A stretch of DNA of 51,206 nucleotides from an uncultured Clostridia bacterium (GCA_904501715.1 CAJGCD010000001.1:1-51206); one strand, 5' to 3'. Positions 18,701-28,969 are shown, counted from the stretch's first letter. Numbers and translations: made by a program. The notes: generated by a model from the letters alone, not told the origin.

Positions 18701-19531
18701 TTATCCAAGGCTGTCTCTTCGGACCTCCTTGGGGGATTTATGAAAGGTATCGCGGCATACCTGATCAAAGGAGCGGATACTCTGAAATCCACTCTCAAAG
18801 CATATACGGGATATGGGAAGGTCGGTATCCTGAAGCATAGCGTAAGCATGCTCTAATCGGTACTGATTGAGCATCTTTTTGAAATTCATACCTATAACCC
18901 GATTAAATATCCTCGAAAGATATTGGTAATTGTACCCCTTTTCTCTCGCAACGTCCCGCAAAGTAATATCCCTTTTGAAATTTTCGGCAATATACTGAGC
19001 CACCGCCATAGTGACTGCGTCAGCAGTAGGGGTGGGCACGAGTTCGGTCCTGTCAAGAAGCTCTCCTCCCAGCATATAAAGACAGCCCTTTACCTGCATA
19101 CGTATCTGGTGAGGTGCTATGCGTATGCACAGCCCGCTGTCCTTACCAAAGAACTCTTCCATTTTGTCAAGAAAAAATCTCATAAGAGACTCACTTGGAT
19201 GAAAAACGCAGGTTTTGGGTCTTCTCCCGTCAAGAGTTTGGGAAAGAGTAAGGATAAGATGATCATGGAAGGTCACTCTTCGTACGGCGGACTCCTCCTT
19301 TATGGAAAAGCTATGTATCTGGAACGGGCTTACGAATATAGCGTCACCCACCTCAAGCAAATACTCCTGACCGCCCACCGAACATTGGCAGCATCCCTTT
19401 ATGACCATAAGGAACTCAAAATTCTTATGAAAATGCGGAGATTCGAAATCCAAAGCGCTGTTATCGTAAACATACGTAGAAAATTCCGAATTAAAGGTAT
19501 TTTCGGTCTGGTGATATAAGCTTTTCTTCAT
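18701..19531 (-). CDS. AraC/XylS-family transcriptional regulator
   Basis: Start is MKKSLYHQT (ATG 19531, RBS GGAGGG), not the track's 19621. It has an N-terminal cupin domain. The C-terminal HTH reads ITLRDVAREKGYNYQYLSRIFNRVIGMNFKKMLNQYRLEHAYAML...ICFESGFQSIRSFDQVCRDTFHKSPKE. Confidence 0.8.
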   Translation of the reverse strand: MKKSLYHQTENTFNSEFSTYVYDNSALDFESPHFHKNFEFLMVIKGCCQCSVGGQEYLLEVGDAIFVSPFQIHSFSIKEESAVRRVTFHDHLILTLSQTLDGRRPKTCVFHPSESLMRFFLDKMEEFFGKDSGLCIRIAPHQIRMQVKGCLYMLGGELLDRTELVPTPTADAVTMAVAQYIAENFKRDITLRDVAREKGYNYQYLSRIFNRVIGMNFKKMLNQYRLEHAYAMLQDTDLPISRICFESGFQSIRSFDQVCRDTFHKSPKEVRRDSLG

Positions 19532-19659
19532 ATTAACCCTCCGCAAAAAGTCAACTTCCTGCCATAAATCATACATTAAATGTTTTGTTTTGTCAAGTAT
19601 TATATGGTAAATTATATACATGATCTGCTATTTTAAAAGCAAACAAAGGAGACACGAAC

Positions 19660-22600
19660 ATGAAAAAATTTCTATCTGTTCTGCTTACGGTATGTATGAT
19701 GCTTCCGCTGTTAGCGGTACTGCCCGTAAGCGCAGCTACACCCACCGATGGCTTTACCTTTGACGGTGACGAATGGTACTATGCCAACGGAACTCTTTCA
19801 GACGTACCCCGTACGGTCGAAGCGTGGATATACGTTGACCCTAATTATGCGACCCAAGCCAGAACTACTATTATCAGTAACTACAATGGATTTACAAATT
19901 ACGCTTACTGGCATCTGGCGCTGCATTACACTACCGATACGGGCTTGTATCCCTACTTTGAATGGAACGAGCTTTATAACAACACCACTAGCCAGCAGAC
20001 CATAAGAAAGTTCAATTTCACCAACGCTAAGATAACCGCAGGCGAGTGGACTCATATCGCAGTGGTTATAGACGCTGCCAACAATTACGTAAGCTGCTAT
20101 AAAAACGGCACTCACATTCAGAACAACAACGGCTCCTTCCAGCTCAGCGACATAGCTAAAAACACTGTCGAGCTTCCCTTTAGCATCGGTAACGACAGCC
20201 GTCCTTCCGCTACGGGCACTGAAGCTGACCGTGCGTTCCACGGAAAGATAGCAAGCATATCACTCTTTGACGATGTGCGCACGGCTTCCGAGATATCATC
20301 CGATTATTCCAATGGAGCTGCAACGGATGATGCCAACGCTCTTGCCCATTGGGATTTCACCTCCAACGCTGAATCCGTCACCGACAAGGTAGGTAACATT
20401 GACCTGACATTGAGCAAATATTGGCTGACTGAGGACGAAATGAAGGCTATCCGCGGTGACAGCTTTGACCCCGAGTATTCCTTCGCGGTAGTAGGCGACA
20501 TTCAGTATATCACCGAATACGACGTAAATAACGGCACATCCTTCGTAGAGGAAATGCACGAATGGATAGCGGACAACGTTAGTGATAAAAATATCAAATA
20601 CGTTATGAATATGGGTGACATCACCAACCAAGATACAGATGCCGAATGGAAGCTGGCGTATGACTCGGTATCCGGTGCTCTTAACGAAGTGGTGGACTAT
20701 TCCATGATAAGAGGCAACCACGACCTTTATCTTGGCGGCACGGGCCTTGATACTTATTGGGGCACGGATGACGTATATACTGCTCAATTCAGGAGCGACA
20801 GAGGCGGTATGTACGTTGACGGCTCTGTAATAAACACATACACCAAATTCACTGTTGGATCTACCTCTTGGCTTGTCATTAATCTTGATTTTGCCGCAAA
20901 TGACGGCGTTCTCGACTGGGCAAATCAGGTAGTTGCGGCGCATCCCGACCACAAGGTAATAATGACCACTCACGGTTATCTCCATATGGACGGTACGCCC
21001 ATTTCGGACGAGGACTCGGGAAGTCTTTGGGGTGATACAAAAAATAACGGCGAGGAGATGTGGACTAAATTCGCGTCTCTTCACGAAAATATTGTTCTGA
21101 TACTATCAGGTCATATGGAATCCAACAACATCATGATGAGTCAGGCAAAGGGTGTACACGGAAATACCGTTACACAGTTCCTTATAGACCAGCAGGCAGT
21201 AGACAAGGCTTATATGACTGCGGAAGCAAAGCCTCTCGGTCTTGTGGCTATGTTCTACTTTGACAAGGACGGAAAGAACGTTTCGGTAGAGTGGTACTCC
21301 CCTCTTCGAAACAAATACTTCCAGACACGCAATCAGCTCTCCTTTGATATGACCGCCGCTTGCGAGGAACAAAAAATCGAGTGGAGCGGAGTATCTATTA
21401 CACCAAAGGGCGCGGGAACTATAAGCGACCCCTACGTTGTTGAAAACGGCGGAAATCTTTTGTGGATGTCACAGCAGTGCTCCACTGTAAAAGACAATGA
21501 GCCCTATTTTGACGGTGTTTACTTCAAGCAGATATGCGACATAGATCTTGGAGGTAATATTGTAAAATCTATTGGATATTACCACACCACCGAGGCAGGA
21601 GCATTGAAGATGGCGGCATTCGGAGGTTATTACGACGGCGGCGGATATTCCATCAAAAACGGACGTATAAGCGCATATAACATTTCTCATAAGCAGGATA
21701 TTAACTGGAGCGACGGACTGTTCGGTGCTATCTACGGTGCCACCATAAAGAACGTCGTGCTTGAAAATATAGACATATACAGCAAAGGCGTAACAGGTGC
21801 TATAGTAGGAAGAGCAATAGCTCCTTTTGACGGAAGCGCAACGGCTGATTTCAATATTATATCGGGCTGTGAGGTCAAGTCCACCTGTAACATATACGCA
21901 TATCACTGTCTTGGACAGTCTGTCAATGATGAGACGGTCTACGGCAATGAACATAACGCGGGTATTGTAGGCTCTATATGCGGTATGGCTTACGCTACCA
22001 CGATAAAGGGCTGTACCTCCGCCGCGGAGTTCTCACTCGACGGAAACCACTCGATTGCGGGCGGAATCGTGGGAGCCGCGGGATACAACTCTGTCATTGA
22101 TGCCTGCTCGTTTACAGGCGGAATGACTGTCGCTGAAGCCTCTTCCAAGGTGGCTTCCTCCTTCGGCGGTATCGTGGGAGCGGTAATTCCCTGCTCCACC
22201 AGTGAAACTATGTGGGTGAGCGACGTTACCACGGGCTCGCTGAGCATAAGCAACTGCTACAACAGCGGATATTTCCTTTACTCCGCAAGCACAGCCCCCT
22301 CAAAGGAGCTGCACTGGGGCGGTATAGTCGGAAACGCAAGCGAGCTTTACGACATCGACAACGCAATGACAATAAGCAAATGCTATAACCTTTACGGCAA
22401 GCAGGCAGAAAGCACTCTCACAAGCAACTGCTGGATAGGCGGTATCGTGGGCAAGGCAGGCGCTACCGAGGGCGCGGACGTCGGAACTCTTGTCATCACT
22501 GACAGCACCTCGGTAACCGTGGATGCCAAGGGCGGTACGGGAACTAACGAATATCGCTATACAAATACAAAAACAAGCGATAACAAGCTCCCCGCTGAGG

Positions 22601-22998
22601 CAGACAATATGGTGACAACACTCTCCGCTAACGATATGTCGAATAAGGTGAGCGAAATTGATAAGCTCATATCCTCTATCAGACCCTTTAAGCTGGTAGA
22701 TATACAGGACAACACCAACCAAGGCGGAAATAACTCTCAAGGCGGAGAGAGCAATACTCCCGGTGACGGCAATAATTCCAATATCGGCAACAACGGTTCC
22801 GATAATAACGACAGTAACGTCGGCAATGATGAGGTAACGGATACATCCGCGCAGACCACGGCAACATCCACATCGGATGCTACTCAGGCTCCTGCAAATA
22901 CGGTGGTCGTAATTGTAATTGTAGTCGCGGCTGCATCTGTTCTGCTTTGCGCACTCGTTCTCGGTACGGTAATATTGCTTGCAAAGAAAAAAAGCTGA
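19660..22998 (+). CDS. Large secreted, membrane-anchored surface protein: LamG-like lectin domain, calcineurin-type metallophosphoesterase, GLUG-motif repeat region, N/G/S/D-rich linker and a C-terminal TM anchor
   Basis: Signal peptide MKKFLSVLLTVCMMLPLLAVLPVSA. LamG-like region VEAWIYVDPN...FHGKIASISLFDDVRTASEI. Phosphoesterase motifs VVGDIQY, NMGDITN, RGNHD, TTHGYLH and SGHMESN. Repeated G(L/I)(F/V)G motifs include GLFGAIYG, AGIVGSICG and GGIVGAAG/AV/NAS/KAG. The tail VVVIVIVVAAASVLLCALVLGTVILLAKKKS has no LPXTG. Confidence 0.85.
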   Translation: MKKFLSVLLTVCMMLPLLAVLPVSAATPTDGFTFDGDEWYYANGTLSDVPRTVEAWIYVDPNYATQARTTIISNYNGFTNYAYWHLALHYTTDTGLYPYFEWNELYNNTTSQQTIRKFNFTNAKITAGEWTHIAVVIDAANNYVSCYKNGTHIQNNNGSFQLSDIAKNTVELPFSIGNDSRPSATGTEADRAFHGKIASISLFDDVRTASEISSDYSNGAATDDANALAHWDFTSNAESVTDKVGNIDLTLSKYWLTEDEMKAIRGDSFDPEYSFAVVGDIQYITEYDVNNGTSFVEEMHEWIADNVSDKNIKYVMNMGDITNQDTDAEWKLAYDSVSGALNEVVDYSMIRGNHDLYLGGTGLDTYWGTDDVYTAQFRSDRGGMYVDGSVINTYTKFTVGSTSWLVINLDFAANDGVLDWANQVVAAHPDHKVIMTTHGYLHMDGTPISDEDSGSLWGDTKNNGEEMWTKFASLHENIVLILSGHMESNNIMMSQAKGVHGNTVTQFLIDQQAVDKAYMTAEAKPLGLVAMFYFDKDGKNVSVEWYSPLRNKYFQTRNQLSFDMTAACEEQKIEWSGVSITPKGAGTISDPYVVENGGNLLWMSQQCSTVKDNEPYFDGVYFKQICDIDLGGNIVKSIGYYHTTEAGALKMAAFGGYYDGGGYSIKNGRISAYNISHKQDINWSDGLFGAIYGATIKNVVLENIDIYSKGVTGAIVGRAIAPFDGSATADFNIISGCEVKSTCNIYAYHCLGQSVNDETVYGNEHNAGIVGSICGMAYATTIKGCTSAAEFSLDGNHSIAGGIVGAAGYNSVIDACSFTGGMTVAEASSKVASSFGGIVGAVIPCSTSETMWVSDVTTGSLSISNCYNSGYFLYSASTAPSKELHWGGIVGNASELYDIDNAMTISKCYNLYGKQAESTLTSNCWIGGIVGKAGATEGADVGTLVITDSTSVTVDAKGGTGTNEYRYTNTKTSDNKLPAEADNMVTTLSANDMSNKVSEIDKLISSIRPFKLVDIQDNTNQGGNNSQGGESNTPGDGNNSNIGNNGSDNNDSNVGNDEVTDTSAQTTATSTSDATQAPANTVVVIVIVVAAASVLLCALVLGTVILLAKKKS

Positions 22999-23022
22999 CA
23001 TTTTTCAAAAAAACTAAAAATT

Positions 23023-23060
23023 TTCCTCAGGATGCCTCTACATCCTGAGGAATTTTGTTT
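23023..23060 (+). terminator. Rho-independent terminator
   Basis: Stem TTCCTCAGGATG / CATCCTGAGGAA with a 6-nt loop, then TTTTGTTT. Confidence 0.75.
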
Positions 23061-23103
23061 ATTGCGAGCCAGAGATTGACATAAAGTTAACACTTCAAAA
23101 CGA

Positions 23104-23132
23104 TTGACATAACCCTTCAAATGTTATATAAT
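23104..23132 (+). promoter_or_regulatory. Consensus SigA promoter of the rnf operon
   Basis: TTGACA (23104-23109), exactly 17 nt, then TATAAT (23127-23132). A second GATTGACATAA copy lies 28 nt upstream. Confidence 0.6.
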
Positions 23133-23201
23133 ATATGTGACGTTGAAAAACCAACGGCTTTTTGCCTAAAACATTATACAAAAAGAAAGGCAGGTACAGA
23201 A

Positions 23202-24512
23202 ATGGCATTTTTCTTAAACGGAGTTCACGTTCCTCACAGAAAGAACACCGCAAACTCCGCGGCTGTGAGAATGGATGCTCCGAATACAGTTACCATACCT
23301 ATGGCGATGCATATAGGCAGACCCGCCATACCTATCGTTAAAGTAGGAGATGAAGTAAAGGTCGGCACACTTATAGGTGCGCAGGACGGCTTTATATCCT
23401 CTCCTGTTTACTCGAGCGTTTCGGGAAGAGTAAAGAAGATATCCGACATCCTTCTCTCAAACGGAGCAAAGGCTCCCGCAGTTACCATAGAAAGCGACGG
23501 TCTTATGAGTGATGACGAGTCCCTGACCCCTCCCACCATAGCTTCACGGGAGGACCTTGTAGAAGCCATCAAAAAGAGCGGCGTCGTAGGTCTTGGCGGT
23601 GCGGGCTTCCCTACTTACGTGAAATTTTCGGTTGAGTCCGAAAAGGTAGACGAGCTTATTATAAACGGAGCAGAGTGCGAGCCCTATATCACAAGCGACT
23701 CCAACACTATGATAAACCGCTCCGAGGATATGGCTTACGGAATAGAGCTTATCATAAAATACTTTGACCCCAAGAGAGTTATAATCGGAATAGAGAGCAA
23801 CAAAAAAGCAGCTATCGCTTCTATGAAGGCGCTCGCAAATACAGATGCCCGTATAAGCGTAAAGGTTCTTCCCTCGGTATATCCCCAAGGCGGAGAAAAG
23901 GTGCTTGTGTATCACACTACGGGTAAAGCAATACCTATGGGCAAGCTTCCAATTGACGTTGGCTGTATCGTCTGCAATTGCACAACTATTGCGGCAATCG
24001 GAAGCTACGCAAAAACGGGAATGCCCTTGGTCAAAAAGTGTGTAACCGTAGACGGCGGTGCCGTAAAGGAGCCTAAGAACGTTATTGTTCCCATAGGAAC
24101 AAGCATCAAAGAGCTCATAGAATTCTGCGGCGGTCTTACCTCCGCTCCCGAAAAGGTTCTTTACGGAGGTCCTATGATGGGTATAGCCATCCCCGATATG
24201 GATGCCCCCGTGCTGAAGAACACAAATGCGGTGCTGGCGCTTACAACTAAGGAGGCAAAAACTCCCGAGGCTTCTGCCTGCATACGCTGCGGCTCTTGTC
24301 TTAATACCTGCCCATTTGGTATAAATCCCGCGGGCATTGCAGCCGCTTTGACAAAAAAGGATTTTGAAACAGTAGAAAAGCTTGGAATAAATCTCTGTAT
24401 GGAATGCGGCTGCTGTAGCTTTGTCTGCCCCGCTCACATTCCGCTTGTGCAGAATAACAAGCTCGCTAAGGCGGCTCTCAGAGAAGAAAAAACAAAGGAG
24501 GATAGGAAATAA
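23202..24512 (+). CDS. rnfC: Rnf complex subunit C (NADH-binding, 2x[4Fe-4S])
   Basis: I prefer the start MAFFLNGVHVPHRK (23202). Motifs: GLGGAGFPT, INGAECEPYITSD, CIRCGSCLNTCP and CMECGCCSFVCP. Confidence 0.9.
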   Translation: MAFFLNGVHVPHRKNTANSAAVRMDAPNTVTIPMAMHIGRPAIPIVKVGDEVKVGTLIGAQDGFISSPVYSSVSGRVKKISDILLSNGAKAPAVTIESDGLMSDDESLTPPTIASREDLVEAIKKSGVVGLGGAGFPTYVKFSVESEKVDELIINGAECEPYITSDSNTMINRSEDMAYGIELIIKYFDPKRVIIGIESNKKAAIASMKALANTDARISVKVLPSVYPQGGEKVLVYHTTGKAIPMGKLPIDVGCIVCNCTTIAAIGSYAKTGMPLVKKCVTVDGGAVKEPKNVIVPIGTSIKELIEFCGGLTSAPEKVLYGGPMMGIAIPDMDAPVLKNTNAVLALTTKEAKTPEASACIRCGSCLNTCPFGINPAGIAAALTKKDFETVEKLGINLCMECGCCSFVCPAHIPLVQNNKLAKAALREEKTKEDRK

Positions 24513-25435
24513 TGGATACTAAGCTTCACCTTTCCGCTTCTCCCCATATACATAGCGGCCGCTCGACCCAAAAGATAATGCTTGACGTTATTATCGCGCT
24601 TATGCCTACCTCTATTGTAGGCACCGTGGTATTCGGTCTGCGCGCCTTAGCTGTAATTGCGATATGTATCGCTACCTGCGTGCTCTCGGAATTTCTCTTT
24701 AATCTTGCTATAAAGAAAAAGCAGACTATAGGCGACCTCAGCGCCATAGTTACGGGACTTCTTCTGGCGCTCAACCTCCCCGCGACCCTTCCTCTTTGGC
24801 AGGCAGCGGTAGGAAGTTTCTTTGCTATCGTGGTAGTTAAATGCATTTTCGGCGGCATTGGTAAAAACCTTGTAAACCCCGCTATAACCGCAAGAGTGTT
24901 TATGCTTCTTTCCTTTAGCTCGGCAACCAAAGCAGCCTTCCCCGTTGACTCGGTTTCTTCCGCAACCCCTCTCGGGGAGCTTGAAGCGGGCTACTCCCCT
25001 TCTCTCCTCGACCTTCTGGTCGGAAATCACGGCGGAGCTATCGGCGAGGTCTGCGCGCTGGCTCTTATTGCGGGAGGTATATACCTCATAGGAAGAAAGG
25101 TAATCACCTGGCATATCCCCGTAGCCTTCGTTGGAGCTACCTTCCTGTTTATGTTCTTGTTTGGCGGCTTTGACCTTTATTTCTCCACCGCGCAAATTCT
25201 TTCAGGCGGACTTCTTATAGGAGCTATATTTATGGCTACCGACTACGTGACCTCCCCCTCCTCACCTTGGGGAAAAATAGTATTCGGTATAGGTGCCGCA
25301 TTCCTTACGGTAGTAATACGTCTGTGGGCAAGTCTTCCCGAGGGCGTATCCTATGCCATCCTTCTTATGAACATTATTTGTCCTTACATAGACAAATTGA
25401 CTCCCAGAAAGCTGTTTGGAGGTAAAAAGATATGA
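24512..25435 (+). CDS. rnfD: Rnf complex subunit D (membrane, FMN-linked)
   Basis: SPHIHSGRST at the N-terminus, the flavinylation-type motif VSSATPLG, and TDYVTSP. The start overlaps the rnfC stop by 1 nt. Confidence 0.9.
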   Translation: MDTKLHLSASPHIHSGRSTQKIMLDVIIALMPTSIVGTVVFGLRALAVIAICIATCVLSEFLFNLAIKKKQTIGDLSAIVTGLLLALNLPATLPLWQAAVGSFFAIVVVKCIFGGIGKNLVNPAITARVFMLLSFSSATKAAFPVDSVSSATPLGELEAGYSPSLLDLLVGNHGGAIGEVCALALIAGGIYLIGRKVITWHIPVAFVGATFLFMFLFGGFDLYFSTAQILSGGLLIGAIFMATDYVTSPSSPWGKIVFGIGAAFLTVVIRLWASLPEGVSYAILLMNIICPYIDKLTPRKLFGGKKI

Positions 25436-25938
25436 AAAAGCATTTAAAAAGCGTAGTTTCACTTTTTGCCATTTGCGCAGCGGTAGCAATACTTCTTGCT
25501 ATTACAAATTACTTTACCGCTCCCATAATAGCGGACTATGAAAACAAAAAAGCAAACGCGGCTCTTCTCGAGGTGCTTCCCGATGCGAAGAGCTTTGAAA
25601 AGGTCGATATTAATGAGCTTTCCGAACCCGTAACAGAAGCATATAAAGCCGACAACGGCGGCTACGTTTTCAAGCTGGTTACCGTAGGATACGGCCCCGA
25701 CTTCGTAATTATGTGCGGCGTAAATCCCGACGGAACCGTCAGCAAGGCTATCTGTCTTTCGAGCAACGAAACGCTTGAAAAGGAAAAGAACTACGGAGAA
25801 AGCTTTGCAGGTCTTGACGCAAGCGGCGTTAACTCGGTAGATACCATAGGCGGCGCTACAAAGACCACAAGCGCTTACCGCGATGCGGTAAAAGCTGCTC
25901 TCGATTCCTTTGCTAAGCTTAAAGGAGGTGTCAAGTAA
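25432..25938 (+). CDS. rnfG: Rnf complex subunit G (FMN-binding)
   Basis: N-terminal TM segment. The FMN_bind domain carries the canonical VDTIGGATKTTSAY motif. It overlaps rnfD with ATGA. Confidence 0.85.
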   Translation: MKKHLKSVVSLFAICAAVAILLAITNYFTAPIIADYENKKANAALLEVLPDAKSFEKVDINELSEPVTEAYKADNGGYVFKLVTVGYGPDFVIMCGVNPDGTVSKAICLSSNETLEKEKNYGESFAGLDASGVNSVDTIGGATKTTSAYRDAVKAALDSFAKLKGGVK

Positions 25939-26663
25939 TGAGCAATAAAAATAGTGGAAGCCTTTCCGTTCTGCTTAACGGAATAATCAAGGAAAATCCC
26001 GTTCTCGTGCTTATCCTCGGAACCTGTCCCACTCTCGCAATGACCAAGAACGCGTCGACCGCGCTCGGTATGGGGCTCTCGGTTCTCGTTGTACTTCTTT
26101 GCTCAAACGTTGCGATATCTCTCCTTCGTAAGCTTATACCCGAAACGGTAAGAATCCCCTGCTATATAGTAATCATCGCAGGATTTGTAACCATAGTCGA
26201 AATGATTATACACGCATTTCTCCCCGACCTATACAGCACTATGGGTGTATTCTTAAAGCTCATAACGGTTAACTGTATAATACTTGGCAGAGCTGAAATG
26301 TTCGCAAGCAAAAGCTCTGTTGGCAGATCCGCTCTTGACGGAATAGGAATGGGCGCCGGCTTTACTCTCGCTATCTTTTCAATATCCGTAGTAAGAGAAG
26401 TACTCGGAGCCGCATCCTTTATGGGCAACGAGATTCCCTTCCTTTCGGAATATGCCATAAAGTTCTTTGTGGAGGCTCCCGGAGGAATGCTTGTATACGG
26501 TCTTGCGATTGCCGCTATATACAAGCTTACAAACGGAAAGTTCCCCAAGAAAAAGAGCTTCTCGTGCGAGGGCTGTCCCTCCGCCTCTCTTTGCCATATG
26601 GGCGGTGAATGTTGCGAAAGCGAAGCAAACGCTGTAAAGGAGGAAAACACAGATGCTTGCTAA
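25938..26663 (+). CDS. rnfE: Rnf complex subunit E, with an extra Cys-rich C-terminal tail
   Basis: NPVLVLILGTCPTLA and ITVNCIILGRAE are typical RnfE/NqrD motifs. The last 37 aa or so, [35 protein letters not shown], are additional. Confidence 0.9.
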   Translation: MSNKNSGSLSVLLNGIIKENPVLVLILGTCPTLAMTKNASTALGMGLSVLVVLLCSNVAISLLRKLIPETVRIPCYIVIIAGFVTIVEMIIHAFLPDLYSTMGVFLKLITVNCIILGRAEMFASKSSVGRSALDGIGMGAGFTLAIFSISVVREVLGAASFMGNEIPFLSEYAIKFFVEAPGGMLVYGLAIAAIYKLTNGKFPKKKSFSCEGCPSASLCHMGGECCESEANAVKEENTDAC

Positions 26664-27255
26664 TTTTATAGTTATACTGACCTCCGCGGTTCTCATAAAC
26701 AACTACGTTCTCCGTCAGTTCCTTGGAATCTGCCCATTCCTTGGGGTCTCCAAGAAGCTTGACCAATCGGTGGGAATGGGTATTTCGGTAACCCTCGTAA
26801 TGATTATAGCAACGGCGGCTACGTGGCCCATACAATACTTTATTCTTGATGCGTTTGGTCTCGGATATATGCAGACCATCGTATTTATACTTATAATTGC
26901 CGCTCTGGTGCAAATGATAGAGCTTCTGCTCAAAAAGTTTATCCCTTCTCTTCACAAGGGACTTGGCGTATATCTTCCCCTTATAACCACCAACTGCGCC
27001 GTACTCGGCGTTACCATAAACAACATTACCGACGGATACGGCTTTTTGGAGTCGCTGGTAAGCTCTCTCGGCTGCGGTCTTGGCTTTATGCTGGCTATGG
27101 TCCTCTTTTCGGGTCTGCGTTCAAGAATAGACGAAACGGCTATTCCGAAATGCTTCAGAGGTCTTGCTTGTACTCTTATAGCGGCTTCCTTCATATCTCT
27201 TGCCTTCTTCGGCTTTGACGGACTTGCAGAGACCGTTGGTCAGGCACTTGCCTAA
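26653..27255 (+). CDS. rnfA: Rnf complex subunit A
   Basis: [20 protein letters not shown] and [10 protein letters not shown] are RnfA/NqrE motifs. RBS AGGAGG. Confidence 0.9.
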   Translation: MLANFIVILTSAVLINNYVLRQFLGICPFLGVSKKLDQSVGMGISVTLVMIIATAATWPIQYFILDAFGLGYMQTIVFILIIAALVQMIELLLKKFIPSLHKGLGVYLPLITTNCAVLGVTINNITDGYGFLESLVSSLGCGLGFMLAMVLFSGLRSRIDETAIPKCFRGLACTLIAASFISLAFFGFDGLAETVGQALA

Positions 27256-27266
27256 GGAGGTATAAT

Positions 27267-28088
27267 ATGATAATAACAGATATTTTACTTGCTTTAGCGG
27301 TAGTCGGTGCAATAGGACTTATCGCCGCTATCCTTCTTGCTCTTGTTTCTCATTTTTTCAACGTTCCCGAGAACGAGACCAAGAAAAATTTGCGAGAGCA
27401 GCTTCCCGGTGCAAACTGCGGAGCTTGTGGATACAAGGGCTGTGATGATTACGCCACCGCGTTGGCTGAAGGTAAGGAAACAAAAGCAAACCTTTGCATT
27501 CCCGGCGGAGATTCTACCGCGTCAAAGCTTTGCGAGATTCTAGGTGTAGTATCACAGGACGTTGAGGAAAAGGTTGCATTCGTTCACTGCAACGGCAACT
27601 GCGCCGTAACCTCCAAAAAGGCTAAATACGACGGAATACAAACCTGCCGTGCCGCTTCGGCACTGTACGGAGGTCCCAACGATTGCACATACGGCTGTAT
27701 GGGCTTTGGCGACTGTGCCGCAGTTTGTCCCGCCAACGCTATATGCGTAAGGGACGGCATAGCACACGTTGACAGCACAGCCTGCATCGGCTGCGGTCTG
27801 TGCGCCTCAACCTGCCCCAAGAGCATTATATCTCTTATTCCCCAAAATGCAAACACGGTTGTTATGTGCAGCAGCAAGGACAAGGGCGCGGATGCCCGCA
27901 AAAAATGCTCAAATGCGTGTATCGGCTGTAAAAAGTGCGAAAAGGTATGTCCCGAGGGCGCTATCGCAGTATGTGACAATCTGGCAAATATCGATTACAG
28001 CAAATGCACGGGATGCGGACTCTGTGTCCAAGGCTGCCCCACAAATTGTTTGAAATCGGTATGTTTTCCCGCCCTTGCGGAAAAATAA
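27267..28088 (+). CDS. rnfB: Rnf complex subunit B (polyferredoxin)
   Basis: N-terminal TM segment, then the [13 protein letters not shown] cluster domain, then four CxxCxxCxxxCP motifs. Confidence 0.9.
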   Translation: MIITDILLALAVVGAIGLIAAILLALVSHFFNVPENETKKNLREQLPGANCGACGYKGCDDYATALAEGKETKANLCIPGGDSTASKLCEILGVVSQDVEEKVAFVHCNGNCAVTSKKAKYDGIQTCRAASALYGGPNDCTYGCMGFGDCAAVCPANAICVRDGIAHVDSTACIGCGLCASTCPKSIISLIPQNANTVVMCSSKDKGADARKKCSNACIGCKKCEKVCPEGAIAVCDNLANIDYSKCTGCGLCVQGCPTNCLKSVCFPALAEK

Positions 28089-28092
28089 TCTT

Positions 28093-28431
28093 ATGGTAAA
28101 CAAAAAAGCAAGAAACGATATTATATTAATAGCCGCAGTTATACTGATTGCGGCTATTGCCATAGTATGCCTGCTTTTTTTCAAAAAGGAAGGCAAAACG
28201 GCAGTGGTATACGTGGACGGAAGGCTTTACGGCAAATATCAATTGACCGAAAGCATTACCGTAGACATACACTCGGAGAACGGAACTAACCGATTGGTGA
28301 TAACCGACGGAAAAGCAAGCATTGAAGACGCAAGCTGTCCCGACCTCAGATGTGTCCGCCATTATGCCATATCAAGGGACACCGAGCAGATAATCTGCCT
28401 ACCCAACAAGGTAGTTGTATCGGTTGAGTGA
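28093..28431 (+). CDS. NusG domain II-containing membrane-anchored protein (DUF1312-type)
   Basis: TM anchor IILIAAVILIAAIAIVCLLFF, then ...ASCPDLRCVRHYAIS...IICLPNKVVVSVE. I chose the ATG at 28093. The track's start at 28075 is a TTG that overlaps rnfB. No terminator follows rnfB. Confidence 0.65.
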   Translation: MVNKKARNDIILIAAVILIAAIAIVCLLFFKKEGKTAVVYVDGRLYGKYQLTESITVDIHSENGTNRLVITDGKASIEDASCPDLRCVRHYAISRDTEQIICLPNKVVVSVE

Positions 28432-28444
28432 GGTGGGCTATACT

Positions 28445-28948
28445 ATGAATACTAAAACAAAAAAAATAGCATTTGTGGGACTTATGGCATCCCTCGCTAT
28501 GATACTTTCATACATCGAACTGCTTATCCCACCTGTTTTCACCGCCCTGCCGGGAATAAAGATGGGGCTGCCAAACATTGTAATAATATTTACTCTTTAC
28601 AAGCTTGGAATTAAGGAGGCAGCCACTGTTTCCTTTGTAAGGCTTGTGTGCGTATCCTTGCTTTTCGGCAATGCTATGATATTCGCTTACAGCCTCGCGG
28701 GGGCCTTTCTCAGCCTTACGCTTATGTCTGTGCTGAAGCGGCTGGATAGCTTCTCTCCCGTAGGTGTCAGCGTAGCGGGCGCAATAAGCCACAACGCAGG
28801 TCAGACGATGGTTGCCATTATCCTGTTGGAGCGGGTAGAAATAGGATACTATATGTTAGCTCTTACCGTTTCGGGCACTGTGGCGGGCATCCTCGTGGGT
28901 CTTGCGGCGGTATATTTATTAAAAATTCTTGCGAACCTGAAAATTTGA
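28445..28948 (+). CDS. Gx transporter family protein (Hpre_diP_synt_I-type small membrane protein)
   Basis: Start MNTKTKK (28445, RBS GAGGTGGG). About 5 TM segments. LSYIELLIPPVFTALPGIKMGLPNIVIIFTLY resembles this family. Confidence 0.65.
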   Translation: MNTKTKKIAFVGLMASLAMILSYIELLIPPVFTALPGIKMGLPNIVIIFTLYKLGIKEAATVSFVRLVCVSLLFGNAMIFAYSLAGAFLSLTLMSVLKRLDSFSPVGVSVAGAISHNAGQTMVAIILLERVEIGYYMLALTVSGTVAGILVGLAAVYLLKILANLKI

Positions 28949-28969
28949 TAGTATGTTATATCGGCGATG

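Noticed and set aside
22690-22870. A repetitive-looking N/G/S/D-coding stretch, considered as a tandem DNA repeat or CRISPR-like array.
   Set aside because: It is in frame within the surface-protein gene, has no exact repeated units or spacers, and simply encodes a low-complexity linker.
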